Shown here: positions 1-8,895 of the stretch, piece after piece
Numbering within the stretch: position 1 is the first letter of the stretch
How the letters are laid out: each line of letters starts with the position of its first letter
Source: a virus
Strand: one strand, 5' to 3'
DNA length: 53,456 nucleotides
Virus record (IMG/VR): IMGVR_UViG_3300017659_000001
Program-made: the position numbers and the translations under genes
Notes under the pieces: generated by a model
Database searches by the model: none
Seen by the model: the letters and a program-made list of their open reading frames with translations, nothing else
Told to the model about the DNA's origin: nothing

Positions 1-123
1 CCGGTCCACCGGATACCTCGTGCCCGGCAATACCTACCTCGCTGAGATCATCTATCCCGGCAACCGGATCGTCGTCGACTACGGCCAGCGCGAAGACCTC
101 GTCCTCCTCGCCGCGTTCAACGC
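1..123. repeat. Exact 123-bp copy of 53334..53456 (terminal overlap; unit genome 53,333 bp)
   Basis: Read directly: bases 1-123 (ccggtccaccggatacctcg...gcgttcaacgc) are identical to the last 123 bases of the window. Confidence 0.97.
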
Positions 124-802
124 CGACGGCCGCGAGCTCCGCCTCGACTTCGTGGCCGACGACTGGGTCGACATCGGCACCGTCGTCCGCACGTGGCCCG
201 CCCTCCCGCTCGCCGAACTGCTGAAGCTCACCGAGACCAACGCCCGCCCCGACGGCCAGCCCACGACCGGCATGCACGCCGAGGGCTACGTCATCCGCTA
301 CGCCAACGGGCTGAGGGCGAAGGCAAAGCTCGCCGAGTACGTCCGCCTCCACAAAGTCCTCACCGGGATCACCGAGCGGGACATCTGGCGCTACCTCGGC
401 ATCCAGAAGTTCGCTGGGCAGCCGCCGAAGCTCGTCGCGAAAGCCCTCGGCTGCCCCGTCGCCGAAATCGTCGCGCTCACCGACGGCGGCCGCGGCCCCC
501 TCGACGCCCTCCTGGAGCAAGTCCCCGACGAGTTCGACACGTGGGTGCGCGGCGTCGCCGCCCGCCTGGAAGACCAGGCGGCGCAGCAGGCCGACCGCGC
601 CATCGACGAGTACGCGGCGATCGCCCACCTCGCCGGAGACCGCGGCGAGTTCGCCCGCGCCGCCCAGCACATCGCCGACCCCGGGGTGCGCGCGGCGATG
701 TTCCTCGCCCTCGACGGCCGGCCGACGGGCCTGCACCTGTGGCGGTCGATCCGGCCGGAGGCGTCGACGCCGTTCGTCGCGGACGACGAGACGGGCGAGT
801 GA
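1..802 (+). CDS. RNA ligase (Rnl1/T4 RnlA-like), C-terminal part; same ORF as 52921..53456 across the circular junction (about 404 aa in total)
   Basis: The frame of ORF 20..802 stays open back to base 2 and is in phase with 52921.. through the overlap. Motifs EGYVIRY and KAKLAEY lie downstream of the KVDGS lysine motif. Confidence 0.8.
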   Translation, partial: RSTGYLVPGNTYLAEIIYPGNRIVVDYGQREDLVLLAAFNADGRELRLDFVADDWVDIGTVVRTWPALPLAELLKLTETNARPDGQPTTGMHAEGYVIRYANGLRAKAKLAEYVRLHKVLTGITERDIWRYLGIQKFAGQPPKLVAKALGCPVAEIVALTDGGRGPLDALLEQVPDEFDTWVRGVAARLEDQAAQQADRAIDEYAAIAHLAGDRGEFARAAQHIADPGVRAAMFLALDGRPTGLHLWRSIRPEASTPFVADDETGE

Positions 803-807
803 CCGCC

Positions 808-1011
808 ATGACCGCCACCCGCTGCCCCGCCTGCCCGTCCGGCATGAAAGGCCAAGGCAAGTACCTGTGCCTCGGCTGCTGGAACACCCTGCCGATGGCC
901 GCCCGCCGCGCGCTGAACCGGCGCGACAGCCGGGCGTTCACCCGCCTCCGAATGCTGCACCGGCAGATCGGCCAGGGCGTGCCGCTCGCCGAGATCCGCA
1001 TCACCGCATGA
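808..1011 (+). CDS. Small zinc-ribbon protein (67 aa)
   Basis: ATG 808 in the frame of ORF 193..1011, 6 nt after the upstream stop. CPAC...CLGC pattern. Followed by hairpin 1021..1049. Confidence 0.6.
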   Translation: MTATRCPACPSGMKGQGKYLCLGCWNTLPMAARRALNRRDSRAFTRLRMLHRQIGQGVPLAEIRITA

Positions 1012-1020
1012 ACACGCGCA

Positions 1021-1049
1021 CGGCGGCCCCGCTCGAACCGGGGCCGCCG
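1021..1049 (+). terminator. GC hairpin (11-bp perfect stem, 7-nt loop), no U-tract
   Basis: cggcggccccg-ctcgaac-cggggccgccg, read directly. Confidence 0.5.
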
Positions 1050-1083
1050 CCCGCCCACCCTCGCACGATCAAGGAGCCACCAC

Positions 1084-2049
1084 GTGACCACCGAACAGTT
1101 CGCCCGCATGCTCGCCGGTGCCGAGGTCCTCGCCGGACGCAGCGCCCTCCCGTTCGACCAACTGCCCGTTGAGGAGCAGGAGCGTCACCGTGCGGCGGCA
1201 GGCGTTCTGCTGGCCTCCGTGCACACCGACGACACGGACCTGACCGAGGCGGACGTCGACCGGATGATGGCGGCCGGAACGCCGGTGCAGATCGTGACCG
1301 CGCCGCCCTCGACGTTCGCCGCGGTGCCGTCTGCGCCCGCCGACCGGCGCGACATCAAGGCCGTCATGGGCCCCGCCGACGGCCAGCAGAAGACGCGTCT
1401 CCTCGCGGACCTCTACGCCAACACGACCCCGGTACCCGCGCCGTCCGACCGGGCCGCGCTCCGCGACCGCATCGCCGCGTTGTTCCGCTGCCCGCCGGGA
1501 GTTGAACGCCTCGGTGACGCGACGCCGGGAGAGATCGCCGACGCGGTGCTGGCCGTGCTGCCCGCGAGCCTCGACCAGGCCGCCGAGATCCGGTCAGGCG
1601 CCTTCAAGACCGCCGCGCTCTACGTCCGGGGCCACTCCGCCGACGAGCGGTACGGCCACTCCAGCATCAGCACGGCGCTGTGCATGGTGTCCGACGAGCT
1701 CGCCCGCATGGCCGACGAGACGCAGCAGCCCGAGGCGCAGCCGTGCCCGTCCCGCGAGCCGCTGATCGAAGTCCAGTGCTCGAAGCAGGAGGGGCACGAG
1801 GGGCCGCACTCGGATCAGCCGGGCCGGATCTGGTACCCCGTGCTCGACGATGAGACGCAGCAGGGCGAACCCCAGCCGGACACCCCGCGCTGCGCCCACT
1901 GCACCCACCCGAAGGGCGACCACAGCGACCGCAAGGACCACACGCCGTCGCGCATCGTGCCGCGCCGCCCGTGGTGCCACGCCTGTGACGCCGTGTGCGA
2001 CTACGACGGCCCGCCCGCTGTCGGGGCGCAGCAGCCGAAGGAGGCCTGA
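1084..2049 (+). CDS. Hypothetical protein with Cys/His-rich C-terminus (321 aa)
   Basis: ORF track. GTG start preceded by AAGGAG. C-terminal CAHCTHPKGDH...CHACDAVC. Confidence 0.75.
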   Translation: MTTEQFARMLAGAEVLAGRSALPFDQLPVEEQERHRAAAGVLLASVHTDDTDLTEADVDRMMAAGTPVQIVTAPPSTFAAVPSAPADRRDIKAVMGPADGQQKTRLLADLYANTTPVPAPSDRAALRDRIAALFRCPPGVERLGDATPGEIADAVLAVLPASLDQAAEIRSGAFKTAALYVRGHSADERYGHSSISTALCMVSDELARMADETQQPEAQPCPSREPLIEVQCSKQEGHEGPHSDQPGRIWYPVLDDETQQGEPQPDTPRCAHCTHPKGDHSDRKDHTPSRIVPRRPWCHACDAVCDYDGPPAVGAQQPKEA

Positions 2050-2053
2050 CAGC

Positions 2054-2266
2054 ATGGCCCACCCCGCAGACGAGATCATGAACGCCGCCCAGAAGCTCCG
2101 CCACCAGGCAGGGATCGTGCCGCCGCACATCGCCGACCCCCTCGCCAAAGTGCTGGAGAGCTTCGCCGCCACCCAGTTCGACCGCGAAGCGACCGTGCAG
2201 GAGACCGACGGCAGCCACCGGCGCATGCTCCGGCTCGCCCGCGCCATCAACGGCGGTCAGCCGTGA
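2054..2266 (+). CDS. Hypothetical protein (70 aa)
   Basis: ATG 2054 in the frame of ORF 1850..2266, 5 nt after the upstream stop. GTGA overlap with the next gene. Confidence 0.6.
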   Translation: MAHPADEIMNAAQKLRHQAGIVPPHIADPLAKVLESFAATQFDREATVQETDGSHRRMLRLARAINGGQP

Positions 2267-2538
2267 TCACTGAGGCCATCGACACCGCATACACGATCGC
2301 CGGAGCACTCCTCGCCTGGCTCGCAGTGATCGCGTTCATCGTCACCGTCGCCCTGTTCACCACCGTGCTCGCCGTCGCGCAAGGCGTGAAGGCCGCACGG
2401 CGCAGGCTGCGTTGGCGCAGGAACGCTGCGCAGGACGACGGCGAGGGTTTTCCCGCGACGGACGCCCCCAACGCCCCACAGAGCCACACAGGGCCCCGCT
2501 GGGCGCGCGAACCCCACGACCACCAGGAAGCAGCCTGA
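2263..2538 (+). CDS. Small membrane protein (one or two TM helices)
   Basis: ORF track. Hydrophobic stretch IAGALLAWLAVIAFIVTVALFTTVLAVA. Confidence 0.65.
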   Translation: MITEAIDTAYTIAGALLAWLAVIAFIVTVALFTTVLAVAQGVKAARRRLRWRRNAAQDDGEGFPATDAPNAPQSHTGPRWAREPHDHQEAA

Positions 2539-2870
2539 TGCCACCACGCCTCGCCCAAAACCTCCCCACCTCCCGCATCGTCGGCGCCCACATCCACGCC
2601 CTCCGCACCGCACGCGGCTGGTCCCTCCGCGAAGCCGCACGCCAGACCGCAGCCGCAGGCAAACCCATCGGCTACACCACCATCGGCCGCATCGAACGCG
2701 GCCGCGACCCAGGCCAGCCAGCCGTCGCCGTCATCGTCGACGACCTCGTAACGCTCGCCACCGTGTTCGGCGTCCGGCCCGAGCAACTCCTCACCGCGCC
2801 CGGCTGCTTCGTCTGCATGGACAAGCCGCCGGCCGGGTTCGCCTGTCGATCCTGCGGGGCCGAAGCGTGA
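2538..2870 (+). CDS. XRE-family HTH protein with C-terminal CxxC...CxxC
   Basis: ATG 2538 in the frame of ORF 2412..2870. HTH GWSLREAARQTAAAGKPIGYTTIGRIERG. C-terminal CFVC...CRSC. Confidence 0.75.
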   Translation: MPPRLAQNLPTSRIVGAHIHALRTARGWSLREAARQTAAAGKPIGYTTIGRIERGRDPGQPAVAVIVDDLVTLATVFGVRPEQLLTAPGCFVCMDKPPAGFACRSCGAEA

Positions 2871-2992
2871 TCGCCCGCGCCATCGCCGTCGGCATCATCT
2901 GCGCCCCCTTCATCAGCGCACTCCTCCTCGGCCTCCACCGAGGAGGGCGCGCCCTCACCCGCACCACACGCACCCGACGGAGAACCCGATGA
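2867..2992 (+). CDS. Possible 41-aa membrane peptide
   Basis: Hand-translated: VIARAIAVGIICAPFISALLLGLHRGG.... GTGA overlap upstream and ATGA overlap downstream. Too short for the ORF track. Confidence 0.35.
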   Translation: MIARAIAVGIICAPFISALLLGLHRGGRALTRTTRTRRRTR

Positions 2993-3714
2993 CCGACCGC
3001 CTCACCGTCGACCAGATCAACAGCGATCAACTCGACCACCTGTACGACGAACGCGACCGGCTACAGATCGCCAACCGTGCGCTCAACACCGCCACAGTCG
3101 AGACCATGGAGCGGGCAGAGACCGCCGAGGCCGAACGCGACGGCGCCTACCGCGAACGAGCCCACTTCGTCGCACTGCTCACCACCTACCACCCGGCCGC
3201 CATCGCCCCCGCCCTCGACCTCGACGAGGTCGGCTGGTGGATCGTCTACCTCACCATCGGCGGCCGCCAGTGCTCCTGGCACATCAGCCCACGAGACGCC
3301 GGCCTGTTCGCCCACGTCGAGCGCGTCGAGCCGGAGGACCCGCGCGCGCAGTGGGACGGGCACACGACCGACGCGAAGTACGCGTGGCTGCGCGAGCTCA
3401 CCGAGCTACGCGCGCCCGCGCCCGACCCGGCAGCGGCCCAAGTGACCGAGCCCGGCCATGTCGTCACCGTCGGAGGCAACCCGGCCGCCGCACACGAAGC
3501 CGTCCGGCAGATGGACGCCGACACGAGCCAGCCGCACACCGGGCTCGTCGTCCAGCCGTACCGCGACCACGGCAAGGAGAGGTGGGTGTTCCGCTGCTGG
3601 GGCACCGGCACCTGCGACGGGCTGCTCTCCCTCGACCACACCAGCCAGCAGTCCGCCGAACACGCCCGCGACCGGCACGTTCGCGAGGAACACCCCAGCG
3701 AGGAGCAGCACTGA
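2989..3714 (+). CDS. Hypothetical protein, N-terminal coiled coil (241 aa)
   Basis: ORF track. Operon-style overlaps. Confidence 0.75.
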   Translation: MTDRLTVDQINSDQLDHLYDERDRLQIANRALNTATVETMERAETAEAERDGAYRERAHFVALLTTYHPAAIAPALDLDEVGWWIVYLTIGGRQCSWHISPRDAGLFAHVERVEPEDPRAQWDGHTTDAKYAWLRELTELRAPAPDPAAAQVTEPGHVVTVGGNPAAAHEAVRQMDADTSQPHTGLVVQPYRDHGKERWVFRCWGTGTCDGLLSLDHTSQQSAEHARDRHVREEHPSEEQH

Positions 3715-4103
3715 TGGCCGTCTGTACCACCTGCCTCCAACCCGGCATCACCGCCGGCGAGCACGACTGCCCCGGCCTCGGCGACATCCAGACCACCCGC
3801 AAGCTCGGCCACGGCCTCATCGTCGACACCGCCCCGCCCCGGGCCCGAATCGCGCTGTCCGTCCTCGTCGACGCCAAGTGGGGTGCACGACTGGAACGCA
3901 ACGGCCTCGTCAACATCGGCGAACAGGTCCTCTACCAGGTGACCGGCTACGACCCGGCGTCGGCCGCGCTGCTGCTCGAACTCGTCGAGGACTGGCGGCC
4001 CCAGAAGCCGGGCCCGGCCTCGGAGGCGCAGATGGAGCGGGAGATCGCCGGACGCATCACGATCACCGACACCGCATGCGGAGAGGAGGAGTCCGGTGCC
4101 TGA
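3714..4103 (+). CDS. Hypothetical protein (129 aa)
   Basis: ATG 3714 in the frame of ORF 3237..4103, overlapping the upstream stop. Confidence 0.65.
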   Translation: MAVCTTCLQPGITAGEHDCPGLGDIQTTRKLGHGLIVDTAPPRARIALSVLVDAKWGARLERNGLVNIGEQVLYQVTGYDPASAALLLELVEDWRPQKPGPASEAQMEREIAGRITITDTACGEEESGA

Positions 4104-4695
4104 CCTGCACGACTGGATCACCCAACAAATCGACCGCCGCGAAGGCCTCGCCAAGCGCGCCGCTCACTACGGCCGACCCGACTGGCCACAACCCGCCACC
4201 GCCGTCGTCGACACCGGTGAAGACTGGCCCATCACCACCGAAGCCGGACCGATCGCCGAACACATCAGCGACAACGACCCGGCCGCCGTGCTCCGCCGGT
4301 GCGCCGCCGACCGGAAGATCCTTACCATCCACGCCCCCGCCGGCGGCAACTACGACCCGTACGCCTGCGACGGATGCGGCATCGACAGCGAGTACGGCCA
4401 CGAAGTCCGGCACACCAACGACTGCGAAACCCTTCAGGCCCTGGCCGAGGGGTACGGGCTCACCGAGGAGCAGCGCGCGGAGTTGGACCGGCCCGAGCCA
4501 GAGCCGCGTCAACGCCCGCTCGGCGGGGGCTTCATCACCGACGCGCTCGCCGAGGCCATGTACGGGAAGCTGATCGCCACGTTCGTCAACGCTCGCCCGC
4601 TGGAGCCGACACCCGTCGAGAAGGCGATCACCATCCTCGGCCCGGAGTTGAAGAAGATCAGCGGGTACGTGCCCATCGCCAAGGAGCAGCCGTAG
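4096..4695 (+). CDS. DUF6221-like protein (family recalled from memory)
   Basis: ORF track. LHDWITQQIDRREGLAKRAA...DPAAVLRRCAADRKIL...CDGCG...CETLQALAEGYG parallels the gene at 4850..5311. Confidence 0.7.
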   Translation: MPDLHDWITQQIDRREGLAKRAAHYGRPDWPQPATAVVDTGEDWPITTEAGPIAEHISDNDPAAVLRRCAADRKILTIHAPAGGNYDPYACDGCGIDSEYGHEVRHTNDCETLQALAEGYGLTEEQRAELDRPEPEPRQRPLGGGFITDALAEAMYGKLIATFVNARPLEPTPVEKAITILGPELKKISGYVPIAKEQP

Positions 4696-4780
4696 CCGCG
4701 TTGTCAGACCCGCCACGTACGCTGCACCCGCTGCCCGCGTTCCCGCTGGCTCGCGACAGGCAGCGCTGCCCCGCACAACA

Positions 4781-4815
4781 CAGCGCCCCGACCGTCAACC
4801 CCGGCCGGGGCGCTG
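4781..4815. terminator. Bidirectional hairpin between convergent genes (10-bp perfect stem)
   Basis: cagcgccccg...cggggcgctg, read directly. Confidence 0.6.
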
Positions 4816-4849
4816 CTGCGTTGCGGGGATCAACCCCAGGTGGTGTCGC

Positions 4850-5311
4850 TCACGGTGCCCACTCCTCTGCCTCGTAGCCAGGGCGGTCAGCGTACGCCGA
4901 CGCGAGCAGGCGCAGCGTCTTGCAGGGGAACTCCTGATCACAGGTGGCGCACTCGAACCCTTTCGCGTCCGGCGTGTCCCACTTGGGCCCCGGTCGCTTG
5001 TAGTGCCAGCGCACGATCTTCTGCTTGGCGTCGATCTCCCGCAGCACCCGAGCCGGATCATGCGCAGCGATGAACGCCCGGTCCGCGTCGCTCACGTGCA
5101 AGCCCCACGCGTCGTGGCCCCAGCCCGCCAGCACCTCGACAAGGTCACGACCCTCGTAGCCGTCGTGCCCCACGCGGACGAGGGTGGGCCCGTTCTGGTC
5201 CCACACGTCCGTCTCCGGGGTCCACTCCCATGGCCCCGGAGTGGCGGCCCGCGCGATCCGTTCGTCCTCGTCAAGCTGGGCCGTCAGCCACACAAGATCC
5301 ACGCCGCTCAC
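4850..5311 (-). CDS. DUF6221-like protein (153 aa)
   Basis: GTG 5311 in the frame of ORF 4850..5623, with a GTGA overlap on 5308..5595. LVWLTAQLDEDERIARAA...DPARVLREIDAKQKIV...LLASAYADRPGYEAEEW. Confidence 0.75.
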   Translation of the reverse strand: MSGVDLVWLTAQLDEDERIARAATPGPWEWTPETDVWDQNGPTLVRVGHDGYEGRDLVEVLAGWGHDAWGLHVSDADRAFIAAHDPARVLREIDAKQKIVRWHYKRPGPKWDTPDAKGFECATCDQEFPCKTLRLLASAYADRPGYEAEEWAP

Positions 5312-5595
5312 TCCTCGGTCTTCCTTGGCCGGTTCTTCCCCGACCCCGAGTAGCCCTTCACGATGTCCTGCACCGTGCTGAAGCTGATGTCGAGATCCGC
5401 GCCAACGGTGCGCAGCGACGCGCCCGGCCGTGCGAGCAGCTCTTGCACCGCCTGCTGCCGCGCCTCCTTGAGCCCTTTGTTCTGACCCGGCAGGGCCTTC
5501 AGTACTTCGCCGAGGGCGCGCGCTCTCTCGGCTGGGTCGGCGATCTCCTTGAGCGCGTCGATGGCATCGAACACCCGTTGCGCCTCCTCCGTCAC
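5308..5595 (-). CDS. HTH DNA-binding protein (95 aa)
   Basis: ORF track. C-terminal ASLRTVGADLDISFSTVQDIVKG. Palindrome in its upstream region. Confidence 0.75.
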   Translation of the reverse strand: MTEEAQRVFDAIDALKEIADPAERARALGEVLKALPGQNKGLKEARQQAVQELLARPGASLRTVGADLDISFSTVQDIVKGYSGSGKNRPRKTEE

Positions 5596-5632
5596 ACCCG
5601 GCCCCTTCTCTCGGGCGGGCCACTGGCCAAAG

Positions 5633-5651
5633 TGTAGGGGGTTCCCCTACA
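5633..5651. promoter_or_regulatory. Perfect palindrome TGTAGGGG-gtt-CCCCTACA in a divergent promoter region
   Basis: Read directly, 38 nt upstream of the 5595 start codon. Confidence 0.5.
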
Positions 5652-5759
5652 GTGCTGGAAGTGGCACCGCGCTACTGACGCAAGAAGCCCCCGGCCCGGC
5701 GCTGCGAACGCCACATGGACCGGGGGCGCCCACCTTCAACCGTGACGAAGAGGCAGGCA

Positions 5760-5987
5760 ATGCCCGAGAGTATCGATCAACCCGCCCAGCAGCCCACCCC
5801 CGCGCTCGACGCCTACGCCGCCGCATCCCAGAACTGCCGCGACATCGCCACCGAAGTCGGCATCCGCAACTGCGACGACGACCCCAACTGGCGCGCCGCC
5901 GAACGCGACGCCAACACCCGCTTCGACGAGGCCATCACCGCCGGACACAACGCCGACGAGGTCCTGAAGGCGGGGCGGGCCAAGTGA
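5760..5987 (+). CDS. Hypothetical protein (75 aa)
   Basis: ATG 5760 in ORF 5715..5987, preceded by GAAGAGG. Confidence 0.55.
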   Translation: MPESIDQPAQQPTPALDAYAAASQNCRDIATEVGIRNCDDDPNWRAAERDANTRFDEAITAGHNADEVLKAGRAK

Positions 5988-6133
5988 GCGAGCAGCCCGA
6001 GTGCGACCTGACGCCGCAGCCGAACCAGATCCTGAGCGAGCCCGCCACCGTCGCCGCCTGCCAACAGGACTACGCCGACGGCGCCGACGTCCGCCAGACC
6101 ATGGCGCAGCAGGAAGCCCAGGTGCGCCGCTGA
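5984..6133 (+). CDS. Hypothetical protein (49 aa)
   Basis: GTG 5984 with a GTGA overlap, in the frame of ORF 5549..6133. Confidence 0.4.
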   Translation: MSEQPECDLTPQPNQILSEPATVAACQQDYADGADVRQTMAQQEAQVRR

Positions 6134-6333
6134 TGCCGGACACCTTCAAGGGCGAGTGGCACCGGCCCCGCAACAGCAAGCACCACGACCGCCAAAGCGG
6201 CCACTCACAACGCCAACTCCAAGACCGCGCCTCGTTCGACAACGAACCCGCGACCGGCTGCGGCGCCCTCTTCCTCCTGCTCCTGGCCGCCCTCGCCACA
6301 GCCGCAGCAGCCATCGGGCTCGCCCTCACCTGA
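6133..6333 (+). CDS. Tail-anchored small membrane protein (66 aa)
   Basis: ATG 6133 in ORF 6001..6333. C-terminal GALFLLLLAALATAAAAIGLAL. Confidence 0.5.
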   Translation: MPDTFKGEWHRPRNSKHHDRQSGHSQRQLQDRASFDNEPATGCGALFLLLLAALATAAAAIGLALT

Positions 6334-6345
6334 CCGCCCAGACCG

Positions 6346-6379
6346 CCGGGCCCCGCGACAATCCCCCCGCGGGGCCCGG
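6346..6379 (+). terminator. GC hairpin (12-bp perfect stem)
   Basis: ccgggccccgcg-acaatccccc-cgcggggcccgg, read directly. Confidence 0.55.
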
Positions 6380-6405
6380 CCCATCTCCCGCCACCGGAGA
6401 CCACC

Positions 6406-7200
6406 GTGAAGACCCTGCTGCAACGCCTCCGACACCGCGCGACGCCCCACCCGGGACGCCCGTCCCACACCGCGTCTCACCGCGTCCCATGGTGGGTGCG
6501 CTGGTTCACCAACGCGGGACGCCCCATCGTCGCCGTCGTCGTCCTCATCATGTGCGCCCCCGGCGAGCACCACCTCGCCAAGCTCGCCGGATGGGACGGG
6601 CGTCTCGCCTGGGGCATGGCCGCCGTCCTCGCCGCCTACGCGGGCATCGCAGCGTCCGTCGCGTCCAACCGGCCGGCCAAGTCGCCAGGCAAGGTGAGCG
6701 CGGTCGTCGGTGCGTTCGTCTCACTCGGTGCGGCGATGGCGGCTCAGCCCGTCTCACACCTGTTCGTCACCGGCTGGTTCTCCGCTGATCCGCGGCCCCC
6801 GGCGCTGCTTGTCGTGGTCGTCTCGTGCGTCCCGCCGCTGGTGTTCGGGCATCTGCTGCACCTCGCCGCGACCCCGGTCGCGCGCGCCGCTGAGACGGCC
6901 GTTGCCGAGCCTGCAACGCAGGCCGCGACGCCCGCCCCAGCACTGCGTCCCCGTCAGCCGGTCGTACCGCCGGGGGCCCGGCTGCTGCCCATCGTCTCCG
7001 CCGACGATGAGACGGACGCCAGCAACCCTGAGACGCACCGCTTCCTCACCACGCGCGAGGTCGCCATCCGCTACGGCAAGACCGTCTCAACGGTCCGCAC
7101 ATGGAAGAACCGGGGACAGATCGTGCCCGCGTTCATCGACCCGACGCGCGGCGCCATGTACGACCCCGAGACGCTGCCCAGCGCAGCCGCGGTCGGGTGA
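6406..7200 (+). CDS. Polytopic membrane protein (DUF2637-like, recalled from memory) with C-terminal excisionase/MerR-type HTH
   Basis: ORF track. Multiple hydrophobic helices. C-terminal LTTREVAIRYGKTVSTVRTWKNRG. Confidence 0.8.
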   Translation: MKTLLQRLRHRATPHPGRPSHTASHRVPWWVRWFTNAGRPIVAVVVLIMCAPGEHHLAKLAGWDGRLAWGMAAVLAAYAGIAASVASNRPAKSPGKVSAVVGAFVSLGAAMAAQPVSHLFVTGWFSADPRPPALLVVVVSCVPPLVFGHLLHLAATPVARAAETAVAEPATQAATPAPALRPRQPVVPPGARLLPIVSADDETDASNPETHRFLTTREVAIRYGKTVSTVRTWKNRGQIVPAFIDPTRGAMYDPETLPSAAAVG

Positions 7201-7205
7201 GACGC

Positions 7206-7679
7206 GTGCCTGAGACGGGCGACTGGTGGAACGACCTCTACCGCGACGACGCCACGAAGCCCGCCAAGCAGCCCCCGGCCGACGACGAACCCGACGACGC
7301 CCCGGATGGGCCCGGCTGGTTCGCCCCCCAGCCCGACTACTACCCCCACCCCCACCTGCCCGCCGCGCTCACCCACGCACCCGAACGCGCAGCAGCCGCA
7401 CTCAGCCCGAAGACCCGCGCCGCGCTGTACAACATCAGCGCCGCCGCAGCCGGATGGGGCCTCGGCCTCTACCACCAGTGCGCGCATGCCATCGCCGACT
7501 GCGGCCAGCAGACCAGCACCGCAGGCGGCCTCACCCTCGGCATCGGCGCCTGCCTCCTCATCGCCCACCTGTGGGACCGGCGCACCCGCCACTGGTGGCC
7601 CGGCATCGCCTGGGCCGCCCGCATCCCCCTCGCCACCACCGTCGTCGCGCTCGCCCTCTGGGCGCCCGCAGCAGCCTGA
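7206..7679 (+). CDS. Membrane protein (157 aa)
   Basis: GTG 7206 in ORF 7101..7679. N-terminal GDWWNDLY, Pro/Asp-rich linker, three hydrophobic segments. Confidence 0.65.
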   Translation: MPETGDWWNDLYRDDATKPAKQPPADDEPDDAPDGPGWFAPQPDYYPHPHLPAALTHAPERAAAALSPKTRAALYNISAAAAGWGLGLYHQCAHAIADCGQQTSTAGGLTLGIGACLLIAHLWDRRTRHWWPGIAWAARIPLATTVVALALWAPAAA

Positions 7680-7693
7680 CCAGGAGACCCCTA

Positions 7694-8227
7694 GTGATCA
7701 CGCAAGTCATCGCCGCCGCCCCGGCCATCAGCGTCGAGGGCGGCCGCATCCTCGGCTCCGTCGGCTCCGGCGGTATCGCGACCGCGCTCACAGTGATCCT
7801 CGTCGCCGGGATCCGCGAGCCGAAGGGCGGCGGCGGAGCAGCGCCCGCCATCGGGAAAGGAGGCAAGGCCGGCGGAGGCGGCGGCGGGAAGAAGAGCCGC
7901 ATCCGCAGGCGGCTGACCAGCGACCAAGCCCAGTGGACGGGTATCGCGGCGGGGACCTTCTACATGACCGCCGGGTCGATCTGGACGATTGGCCGGAGTC
8001 TGTCCGACGCCTACGCCGGGATGATCACCAACGGTGGGTGGGGAGAGGCCGGGATGGGTGCGGCGTCGCTGGTCCTCGCCGCGATCATGTATTTCGTTGA
8101 GCTGGCCCCGGGGAAGGCCGCGCTCACGGGCATCATCGCGGCCGGGGTATGGGCGCAGTCAGGCGGGGTCTGGGGTCTTCCGCAGGCGTTGATCCTGACC
8201 GGCGGGCATGCGATCGGCCTCACCTAA
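7694..8227 (+). CDS. Gly-rich polytopic membrane protein (177 aa)
   Basis: GTG 7694 in ORF 7226..8227. GGGGAAPAIGKGGKAGGGGGGKK loop between hydrophobic segments. Confidence 0.65.
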   Translation: MITQVIAAAPAISVEGGRILGSVGSGGIATALTVILVAGIREPKGGGGAAPAIGKGGKAGGGGGGKKSRIRRRLTSDQAQWTGIAAGTFYMTAGSIWTIGRSLSDAYAGMITNGGWGEAGMGAASLVLAAIMYFVELAPGKAALTGIIAAGVWAQSGGVWGLPQALILTGGHAIGLT

Positions 8228-8895
8228 TGAAGATCGTTAAGAGGGCAGGGGAGCGGCTCCCCCCATGGCTCACCGCCGCACTCCGCCCGATCCTCACCGT
8301 CCACGGCGCCGGCACCTCCCTCATCGAAGGCTCCCGCGCCCTGCTGCGCCGCGGCTGGGACCTGTTCGGCGAGTACGTCGACGGCTGGCAGCGGTACGCA
8401 GTCCTCGCAGCCGGCGTGTACGCGGCCGCGTACACGGCCAGCCACGCCCGGCACCTGCCCCCGTTCGCCGTGCCCGGCGCGGTCGTCGTCTGGTGCACGG
8501 CCGCCTGGTGGCACGCCCCGCCAACCCCCGTCGAGCCCGAGGAGTCTGCCCCGGCCAGCGCCCCCGCCGACAGCTTCGTCCTGTGGCTCCTCGACCTCAT
8601 GGGCGACCGGCCCGGCATCCACCTCCGCGAGCTCTACCCGGCGATGCGCCAGCTGCCTGGCCACGAGGGCCGCGACAACGCCCAGCTGCGGGCCGCCCTG
8701 CGCACCCTCGGTATCCCCGTCGAACGCACCCTCCGGCTCGGCCTCGTAGCGGGCCGCTCGGGGGTCGCCAGGGCCGCTCTCGAAGCCCTCCCCTCCCCCC
8801 ATGGAGAGCCGGGTGGAGATTTCGATGGAGACGCAGGTCAGGACACGGATTCTCCGGCCGGAGAGCAGGTTGTAGAGCGAGTGGAGAGCGCCTGA
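8227..8895 (+). CDS. Membrane protein with a possible C-terminal winged-helix domain (222 aa)
   Basis: ATG 8227 (TAATG overlap) in ORF 8149..8895. Two hydrophobic helices, then FVLWLLDLMGDRPGIHLRELY...LRAALRTLGIPV. Confidence 0.7.
   Translation: MKIVKRAGERLPPWLTAALRPILTVHGAGTSLIEGSRALLRRGWDLFGEYVDGWQRYAVLAAGVYAAAYTASHARHLPPFAVPGAVVVWCTAAWWHAPPTPVEPEESAPASAPADSFVLWLLDLMGDRPGIHLRELYPAMRQLPGHEGRDNAQLRAALRTLGIPVERTLRLGLVAGRSGVARAALEALPSPHGEPGGDFDGDAGQDTDSPAGEQVVERVESA

Noticed and set aside
193-1011. Long alternate-frame plus-strand ORFs rich in Arg/Pro (193..1011, 3458..4573, 7226..8227 N-terminal part, 8265..9146 N-terminal part, 18870..20171, 36191..37081).
   Set aside because: Only their 3' portions, downstream of a plausible start and RBS, look like proteins. 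The upstream parts overlap better-supported genes in another frame and have RPRR-type composition typical of off-frame translation of GC-rich DNA.
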